DNA of 56,067 bases from a bacterium (lineage in GTDB: Bacteria; Hydrothermota; Hydrothermia; UBA1063). A program made the position numbers and the translations under genes. Within the stretch, counting starts at the first letter, position 1. The number at the start of each line of letters is the position of its first letter. The notes below the pieces were generated by a model. That model was given only the letters and a program-made list of their open reading frames with translations. It ran no database searches and was not told the origin of the DNA. Shown in pieces: positions 45,954 to 53,246 of this stretch. Location: NCBI GenBank assembly GCA_030019025.1, contig JASEFR010000010.1, forward strand, positions 1 through 56,067. The letters run 5' to 3'.

Positions 45954-48347
45954 CTATTCTATGGTCCCCAGTATTGTGAATTCTACTCTTCTATTCATTT
46001 GATAATCTTCCTCGCTCCTTTCGGGATATACCACCAGTCTTCTTTCACCATATCCTTTCGCTATAAGGCGATCAGGCGATATATTGTGAACCTTAATGAG
46101 GTAGTCTCTCACCGCATTGGCTCTTGCCTGAGACAACTTCAAATTGTATGCATCAGAACCCCTTGAATCTGTATGTCCTCCAATCTCCACCTTAACATTG
46201 GGATACTCCTTAAGGAACAACGCAATCGAGTCAAGTACTGGATAGGACTCAGGCCTTACGTCAGCTTTGTTAAACTCAAAGTAAATATTTCTAAAGGTAA
46301 ATACCATCTTCTTCTTGAGAAGGGCTATATCCTTTGTAGTCTTCTTTCCACCCTCAATAACAAAGGTAGTTTCAAAGGGGATATACTTTTCTGCCTGAGC
46401 TTTTACCTTGTATAAACCTTCTTTCAATTTAAGAGAGAATTCTCCGTTTTCCGATGTATTTATTGTCTCAATCAGATTGCCAACAGAATCGTAAATTTCA
46501 ACCGTTGCAACAAGGGGTGAAAGGGATTTCGCATCAACAACCTTTCCAATCAATTCTCCTTCTCTTGGTACAATGGTATAATTCTTAGTAAGTGTCTCTA
46601 ATGGTTTTATGTCAAAGGTTTCGTAAATGGGTTTGTAATTTGCCTCTTCAATCTTAATAGAATACACACCCTCAAGGTACTTTTTGGAGGCCTTACCAGT
46701 CGAATCTGTCAGAAGGGTATCAGCCTTTCCTGACTCGTCCATAACGATCACAGGAACATAAGCCTTTGGTAGTCCTGTTACAAAATCGGTTACCATAACA
46801 ACCAGTTCTCCTACCAATGGCTTCAAATAGAAGGTGGTTTTAACCTTCTCTTTCTTATCCACAAAGATTAAGGTATCCTTCGATGTATAATTCTCTGCAT
46901 ACACACTTATTTTGGTCCAGCCCCATGGTATTTTAACTCTAAACTTCCCATCCCCTTCAGTGGTTACTCTTCTTTCTTTACCATCGTATCCTTCAATCGT
47001 AACTCTTGCAATCAATGGACTCCCTGTCGTTGAATCAATGATTGTTCCCTCAATCCTTTGAATTATTGGGCTCCTAAATCCTGCCGTTACTGTTGCCGAA
47101 AGACCTTCTGCAGAGGTTATAAGACCACTCTGGTTGGAAATACCCGCATTTATGAACATGAAGGGAAGCTGAAAGCCCGTTCCCAAAGAGAAGCTGGGTT
47201 TCTGGCCACCCCCGAAAGTCGCACCGAGCAAAATTGGAAGGAATGTATTTAGTTCCATTGCAAGGGAAAGTCTCGGCGTAGTACTGGAAAGAGCAGAGTT
47301 TTTGAAGCCCTGTTCAAGATCAAAATAAAACTTCAGAGGCAACCTGTAGAAATCATACATTCCGGAAATCCTCAGTATTACAGGAAGTTTAGTATTGAAA
47401 CTTCCTGCGTTCCTTTCAATTGTGTCGGTAAAAATCTCCCTTAGAGAATCTGCTTTATAAAGGTCGTAAAGATTAAACCTGGATGAAGTAATAGCAGCAA
47501 CCCCTGTGAATGTTGAATCAGAATTCCATTTAATATTTGAAAAAAGGTTTTCAATTGCAAGGCCTAATGTGAATTTGGGTGTTAATTCAACGGAAGAACC
47601 AAGGGAGAGAGAGAAGCCATAACCACTGGGCTTATATATCTCCCCGACACTAAAATTCCTCATGTCATAAACATAATCCGGTGTTGAATACATAAATTCA
47701 ACGGTATCTTTTACCTCAATAGCAGTATCTGCAACTTCCACTTTTCCAGTTCTTGATGTAATCTTTGCATATGCCTGTCCAAGGATGTAAGAACCTGAAA
47801 AACCAAAATGAACCTTTCTATTGGATATCCTTTCACTAAATCCAAAGCCAAGGGTGTGCTGAAGATATGATATTACCTCTGCCTGAAGGCTTGTAAAATC
47901 ATAAGTTTTGTTAACCTGCACTCCGTAAAGGCCGATGCGGAATAAATCTCTTGGGATATTAACTTTAGCCGCTTCCACCGTCCTGCTGGCAACACCAATA
48001 GGGCCTATTGACAGCCCAATGGGCATTGCAGAAAGATACTGACTAAACTCAAAATTATCACCTATTTTCTCTAAAACATCTTGCTTAAATTCATCGGTTA
48101 TCGTATCCATGGGTGCAAGCCTGTTATAAAAATCGAGGGAAATTAGATCGTTGTTAAATCCCGCGTGCAAATAAGGAAGCATAAGCACAAAAGATGGATT
48201 GTATTTTCCCGCTAAGTTTTGCGGGGAATGGAAAACGGAATATGGGCCAAAATGTCCGGTAGTTCCGTACCACTCTCCATTAAAGGAGATAATAGGATAT
48301 GCCCAGGTTAAATTGACTAAAAAAAGCATTATAAAAAGCCTCTTCAT
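45954..48347 (-). CDS. OmpA-family outer-membrane protein with N-terminal beta-barrel and carboxypeptidase-regulatory-like (Ig-fold) repeats
   Basis: 797 aa with a signal peptide. The C-terminal OmpA domain reads FEFNKADVRPES...GHTDSRGSDAYNLKLSQARANAV. Confidence 0.8.
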   Translation of the reverse strand: MKRLFIMLFLVNLTWAYPIISFNGEWYGTTGHFGPYSVFHSPQNLAGKYNPSFVLMLPYLHAGFNNDLISLDFYNRLAPMDTITDEFKQDVLEKIGDNFEFSQYLSAMPIGLSIGPIGVASRTVEAAKVNIPRDLFRIGLYGVQVNKTYDFTSLQAEVISYLQHTLGFGFSERISNRKVHFGFSGSYILGQAYAKITSRTGKVEVADTAIEVKDTVEFMYSTPDYVYDMRNFSVGEIYKPSGYGFSLSLGSSVELTPKFTLGLAIENLFSNIKWNSDSTFTGVAAITSSRFNLYDLYKADSLREIFTDTIERNAGSFNTKLPVILRISGMYDFYRLPLKFYFDLEQGFKNSALSSTTPRLSLAMELNTFLPILLGATFGGGQKPSFSLGTGFQLPFMFINAGISNQSGLITSAEGLSATVTAGFRSPIIQRIEGTIIDSTTGSPLIARVTIEGYDGKERRVTTEGDGKFRVKIPWGWTKISVYAENYTSKDTLIFVDKKEKVKTTFYLKPLVGELVVMVTDFVTGLPKAYVPVIVMDESGKADTLLTDSTGKASKKYLEGVYSIKIEEANYKPIYETFDIKPLETLTKNYTIVPREGELIGKVVDAKSLSPLVATVEIYDSVGNLIETINTSENGEFSLKLKEGLYKVKAQAEKYIPFETTFVIEGGKKTTKDIALLKKKMVFTFRNIYFEFNKADVRPESYPVLDSIALFLKEYPNVKVEIGGHTDSRGSDAYNLKLSQARANAVRDYLIKVHNISPDRLIAKGYGERRLVVYPERSEEDYQMNRRVEFTILGTIE

Positions 48348-48359
48348 TTTTATCCTCCT

Positions 48360-49388
48360 TTACTCTGAAAGCTTCTCAAAATCAAGGTATCCAACCACTC
48401 TCATATAGCCTTTGTACCTTATGTAGTCAACAGATCTAACAACAACGGGGTTTGGCATTTGAGGTATAATAATTGACTGGTGGATATAAATCGTATCCCT
48501 CGTAAGAAAATCTATTACATTTCTTGGAAGCTTTGCAGTAATAGCCCACGTTGTCTCTCCAATCGCAAAACCCTGATCATCTACAGTGGCGGGATTAAAA
48601 TCTACATCAAACACCTTTGCACTGTCCGTTTTTTCTTTATTAAGTACCCACGTATTCACCAGTATTCCAACAGGAAGTCTATTTCCTCCAAACATAGAAA
48701 ATTGAACGGTGTCAATCAGGCCTTTTTGAGCGGCCTCTATAATTGCGGAATCGACTTTAATTGAAATTTCGTCAAACACAAGTGTATCTCCCCTCAAATC
48801 GAGCGTAGAGGGAATCTTGTATCCCAAATAAAGAGTATCCGCTTGAACTGCGCCCAGGGAGCCTGTTCCTTTCAAATTAACGGAAAAGGGACCAATAGGG
48901 ATATCACTAAGCGTTAAATTTATCACTGTATCTATAGGGCCAACAGAAGTAAAGGCAATATCCAAAGTATCTGAACGCTCTAATGTGCCTTCCTTGTAGT
49001 AGGAAAAGACAGCTTGCAGGTGAAAAGGACTTACCACATTGCCCTTTAGCTTTATGACTCCGGTAATTTCCATGACCCTTGAGGATACTGTAGTTTGTGA
49101 GCTATCGAGAATCTCAGGTAGGCCATGAGAAAAAGTTACGTTGAACGTGCTATCCACAGCCAGATAAGTGTTCGTAATTGTTGTATCCTCGGCGAAATAT
49201 ATCGTGTCACCACCGATCGTGAGAAATCTCGGATTATCATTCACGAAATCGGTCATCAAATAAGTCCTGTTCACCACGGGAAGGCTGACATCGAGTGGCA
49301 GCACTTTACTGCTGTTCCACTCCTCAATCTTCAGATTGCATCCGGCGATTAATATCGCCAACGCAAACAGCGGCAAAAGCCTCTTCAT
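48360..49388 (-). CDS. Lipoprotein (hypothetical)
   Basis: I start at Met11 (ATG 49388), preceded by GGAGG. The lipobox is LIAGC. Confidence 0.55.
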   Translation of the reverse strand: MKRLLPLFALAILIAGCNLKIEEWNSSKVLPLDVSLPVVNRTYLMTDFVNDNPRFLTIGGDTIYFAEDTTITNTYLAVDSTFNVTFSHGLPEILDSSQTTVSSRVMEITGVIKLKGNVVSPFHLQAVFSYYKEGTLERSDTLDIAFTSVGPIDTVINLTLSDIPIGPFSVNLKGTGSLGAVQADTLYLGYKIPSTLDLRGDTLVFDEISIKVDSAIIEAAQKGLIDTVQFSMFGGNRLPVGILVNTWVLNKEKTDSAKVFDVDFNPATVDDQGFAIGETTWAITAKLPRNVIDFLTRDTIYIHQSIIIPQMPNPVVVRSVDYIRYKGYMRVVGYLDFEKLSE

Positions 49389-49401
49389 AAAAACCTCCTG
49401 C

Positions 49402-50433
49402 TTACAATAATTTTTCAAGCCCTCTTTCCTTTAAAATTGCCCTTAACTTTTTAATATTTTGAGCCTCACTCATTGGAATTACAAGCACTACATCATTGGT
49501 TGAGACCACTATGACATCCGAAAGCCCATAGGCTGCAATTAACGGTCCCCTTTGAATAAAAATAGAATTTTTACATTCCGAGACCACTGCTTCACCTGAG
49601 ATAATATTCCCCTCTTCATCAGTATCTAAAACTTTAAAAAGAGATGGAAATGCCCCCAAGTCCTCCCAGAAAAATTCCCCTTCCACAACTGCTATGTTGT
49701 CAGCCTTTTCCATTATTGCATAATCCACTGAAATTTCAGGCGCTTTTTCATAAACTTTATCAAGTTCCTCAGGGATCTTGGATTCTTTCAAAACTTTGTA
49801 AAAATCTGGCATAAATTTCCTTACCGCTTCATCAAAGACATCCGTTTTCCATACAAACATACCTGCATTCCAGTAAAACTTCCCTGACGAGACATATTTC
49901 TCAGCCGTTTCTCTTTCAGGCTTCTCGTGAAACTTAATAGCCTTATATGACTTTTCGCCCAGTTTTTCACCCCTCTCAATATAACCGTAACCTGTTTCAG
50001 GTCTTGCAGGCTTAATTCCAATGGTAACGATGTAACCTTGCTGGGCCAGTTTTACTGCTTCATCAATAGCTTTCAGGAAAACATCATCTTCTTTTATGAA
50101 ATGGTCCGAAGGAAAGACGCCTACTATCACCTCTCCATATCTTCTTCTTACATACTCGTTGGCAACAGCACAGGCAGGCGCGGTGTTTTTACCGACCGGC
50201 TCAAGTATCTTAAAGACACCGGGAAACATAGAATCCAGCTTTTGCCTGAATTTGGCGTTAGAAACCAGGAGTATTTCCCCGCACTCGGGAACTCTTTTCA
50301 ACCTTCTTGCGGTTTGCTCAATAAGGGTACCTTCACCCGCGATTTGAAGAAACTGTTTGGGATTTTCATTCCTCGACAATGGCCAGAACCGCTCCCCCTT
50401 CCCCCCACACAAAACCACTGCTACAAATTTCAT
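49402..50433 (-). CDS. Mannose-1-phosphate guanylyltransferase (nucleotidyltransferase domain only)
   Basis: 343 aa containing VLCGGKGERFWPLSR. TATAAT on the minus strand lies 6 nt before the ATG. Confidence 0.85.
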   Translation of the reverse strand: MKFVAVVLCGGKGERFWPLSRNENPKQFLQIAGEGTLIEQTARRLKRVPECGEILLVSNAKFRQKLDSMFPGVFKILEPVGKNTAPACAVANEYVRRRYGEVIVGVFPSDHFIKEDDVFLKAIDEAVKLAQQGYIVTIGIKPARPETGYGYIERGEKLGEKSYKAIKFHEKPERETAEKYVSSGKFYWNAGMFVWKTDVFDEAVRKFMPDFYKVLKESKIPEELDKVYEKAPEISVDYAIMEKADNIAVVEGEFFWEDLGAFPSLFKVLDTDEEGNIISGEAVVSECKNSIFIQRGPLIAAYGLSDVIVVSTNDVVLVIPMSEAQNIKKLRAILKERGLEKLL

Positions 50434-50470
50434 CGTTAAATTATAATGCCTCTTCCTTTATAATAAAAAC

Positions 50471-51670
50471 ATGGCTATAAAAATTACTATAAGTGTCTTA
50501 AGTAGCTACATTTTAGGCTCAATTTTACCTGCCTATTTCCTTGGCAAACTCCTTAAAGGAATTGATATCCGTGAGGTGGGAGATAAGAACGCAGGGACAA
50601 TAAATGCCTATAAAACACTCGGTCCTATTCCTGCACTCTTTACAGCCATTTTCGATCTTTCAAAGGGAATGTTGTCCGCATGGATCGCCCACCTGGTGGG
50701 AATAGAGTATCCCCTAAATATTCTCATCTCCTTCGCTGCTGTTCTCGGGCATGTGTTTCCCTTCTACCTTAAATTTAGAGGGGGGCAGGGGGAAGCAACC
50801 GCAACTGGCATAATTTTGTATTTTCTTCTTAGAACTCTATTTACAAAGCCCGATTTTCTTACTGCATTTCTTATTCTGGTTTTTTATTCACTAATTTTAT
50901 TATACATCATCGGGCCTTCAAGGATACTGGGATTATACATCCTGCCGGCAGTCTTTCTATTAGTAGCAGTCCATTTATCGACTCTTGAATGGATAATAAT
51001 GTTGGTATTCGTTGCCTACACTTTCTCCGTTAGTCTCAGCAACCGGATCAAAAGCGGATACAAACTAAGTGAACAAACAAGAAAGACAATCAAATGGTCA
51101 AGATTTGTGGCAAGACCTTTCGCTATTTTGTATATAATCATCTACTTCCAGACTTCAAAGGGCTTTATTCTAAAACTAACCGGCACTGTAGCCCTCGCTT
51201 TCCTAATCTTTGATCTTGTGAGACTTTCTAAAGCAGGCATCAATCGGGCTATAATGAAAACCCTAAGTTTTGCCTTTAAAAGTAAAGAAGAAAAAACCTT
51301 CTCCAGCATGACCCACTTCACTGTAGCATCCTTTTTAAGCTACTTGCTGTTTCCGGGAAAAATTGCCTCCTGCTCAATCCTCTACCCAGTCTTTGGTGAT
51401 ATGTTTGCCAAACTCATGGGGCTTGAATACGGACGAAGGCGATTCTTTGAAAAAACCCTGGAAGGTTTCTTAGCCTATACAACCTTTGGGATAATCGCAG
51501 GATATATATACTCAAAACTGGCAAACTACCCATTTCCTCTTACCATCATAGGTGCTTTAGTAGGAGCTATATCTGAGATATTGCCATGGAAATTAGACGA
51601 CAACCTGAGTGGTTCACTTTTCTCAGGACTTGCAATGTTCTATGTTGGTAAATTATTAAACTGGGTGTAA
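50471..51670 (+). CDS. Fusion protein: PlsY acyl-phosphate:glycerol-3-phosphate acyltransferase plus a C-terminal CTP-dependent polyprenol/DAG-kinase-like (CdsA/dolichol kinase superfamily) domain
   Basis: 399 aa. The N-terminal part of about 200 aa carries PlsY motifs GSILPAYFLGK..GIDIREVGDKNAGTINA and GHVFPFYLKFRGGQG. The C-terminal part of about 190 aa carries VFGDMFAKLMGLEYGRRRFFEKTLEG. Confidence 0.75.
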   Translation: MAIKITISVLSSYILGSILPAYFLGKLLKGIDIREVGDKNAGTINAYKTLGPIPALFTAIFDLSKGMLSAWIAHLVGIEYPLNILISFAAVLGHVFPFYLKFRGGQGEATATGIILYFLLRTLFTKPDFLTAFLILVFYSLILLYIIGPSRILGLYILPAVFLLVAVHLSTLEWIIMLVFVAYTFSVSLSNRIKSGYKLSEQTRKTIKWSRFVARPFAILYIIIYFQTSKGFILKLTGTVALAFLIFDLVRLSKAGINRAIMKTLSFAFKSKEEKTFSSMTHFTVASFLSYLLFPGKIASCSILYPVFGDMFAKLMGLEYGRRRFFEKTLEGFLAYTTFGIIAGYIYSKLANYPFPLTIIGALVGAISEILPWKLDDNLSGSLFSGLAMFYVGKLLNWV

Positions 51671-51690
51671 AATTAGAAAAAGGAGGGGAT

Positions 51691-53094
51691 ATGTCCAAAA
51701 AAATTTACCAAATAGTTTTTGCAGTTGCTTCTTTTCTTTTCTTCCAAAAAGGTATCAGTGCCCAGGAATTTCCTATCGCAGTGGGTAGTGATACGACTTT
51801 TTCTGGAGGAGCGGTTTACGGTGATAACAACGGCCTGGTAGCTATTTACGGTGATTCTGAAAGCCCGTACAGTATCAATGCACAGCTGATTGCCTATCCT
51901 GGAGATCTAATAGGCCCAAGAATTTCCTTAGGTGATACAGGAGTTTTCCCGGGCGCGATACCAATCTTTGATGGGACCAATTACTTCCTGATGTGGTGCG
52001 ACTTCTATGGAACTCTTAAAGGAGAATTCATTGATACGAACGGAAATCTGGTTGGTTCTCCAATCACCATCGCCACCGACTTAGACCCAAACGGCCGAAA
52101 TAGTATTGCTATGGGCGATACGGTTTTTCTGGCAGTTTTCGTTAAAAATGACGGCTATCTCTATGGACAAATGTTAAGCAGTAGTGGTGATCTGATTGGG
52201 TCCCAAATACAAATTAGCAATAACTATGCACGTGAAAATGCCACTGCATTTGATGGCAACAATTTTCTCGTAGTCTGGGTTGATGACAATAATGACAAAG
52301 ACATCTATGGGCAGTTTGTAAGTAAAACAGGCTCACTTGTGGGGGGCAATTTTGTCATTGACAACGGCCCATACTACAGCGATAACCCTGTCTCCCTTGC
52401 CTTTGATGGTACAAGGTACCTGCTGGCATTTCATGAAACTCTTAGTGACGTGGGTTTCCCAAAATGGACTTTGCTTGGCAGATTCATAACCACTTCTGGA
52501 ACCCTCGAGGATACATTTACTATTTGTGATACAACTAAAATGCCGTTTCTACCCTATGTTGCCTTTGATGGTACTAATTATTTAATAACCTGGACACAAT
52601 TTTCCGATTCAAATATGGTAGGAAGATTCTATAACACCTTCGGTGAACCTATTGACACACCTTTTGTTATCTTTGCTCCTTTAAACAACAAAATACCTGT
52701 GGGAGGAGTCGGCTTTGGAGGCGGGAATTATCTTGTGATAGCTACTCGTGTAAATTCCGACCTCACCGACGGTGACGTCTATGGCAGATTCATCAGCCCT
52801 GTAAGTATAAGAGACGAAAATAGTTTAAACATAAAACCGAAACTTTTCCCGAATTATCCAAATCCTTTCAGCAGATATACTAATATTCAATACGAGTTAC
52901 CAAAATCAACTTACGTTACCCTACGAATCTATAATATGCTCGGCCAGGAAGTTGCTACTTTAGTCAGAGGAGTATTACCTGCCGGAAAGCATACCATACG
53001 CTGGAATTCTGCTGATTTACCCGAGGGTATATACTTCTGCAATTTAGAGACCACAAGCTCTGTTGAGACGAAAAAGCTAATTCTGCTAAAGTGA
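51691..53094 (+). CDS. Secreted repeat protein (seven modules of about 50 aa, propeller-like) with a T9SS C-terminal sorting domain
   Basis: 467 aa with a signal peptide. The recurring module is FDG(T/N)NYL..W......(I/V)YG(Q/R)F(I/V)...G.L(I/V)G. The C-terminus NYPNPFSRYTNIQYEL...LRIYNMLGQEV...GIYFCNL matches the Por secretion tail. Confidence 0.8.
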   Translation: MSKKIYQIVFAVASFLFFQKGISAQEFPIAVGSDTTFSGGAVYGDNNGLVAIYGDSESPYSINAQLIAYPGDLIGPRISLGDTGVFPGAIPIFDGTNYFLMWCDFYGTLKGEFIDTNGNLVGSPITIATDLDPNGRNSIAMGDTVFLAVFVKNDGYLYGQMLSSSGDLIGSQIQISNNYARENATAFDGNNFLVVWVDDNNDKDIYGQFVSKTGSLVGGNFVIDNGPYYSDNPVSLAFDGTRYLLAFHETLSDVGFPKWTLLGRFITTSGTLEDTFTICDTTKMPFLPYVAFDGTNYLITWTQFSDSNMVGRFYNTFGEPIDTPFVIFAPLNNKIPVGGVGFGGGNYLVIATRVNSDLTDGDVYGRFISPVSIRDENSLNIKPKLFPNYPNPFSRYTNIQYELPKSTYVTLRIYNMLGQEVATLVRGVLPAGKHTIRWNSADLPEGIYFCNLETTSSVETKKLILLK

Positions 53095-53246
53095 GATTAC
53101 ACTACAAAATACAAAGAAATAAGCAGAATAAAATTTTCACTCTAAAGACAATTCACCGTCAGAGCCATTCACAATAAAAAATGCGGATTACCCTTTTTGA
53201 AAAATTTTAAACAGGGTATAAAATTGTACGCAAAGGAGGTATAGTG

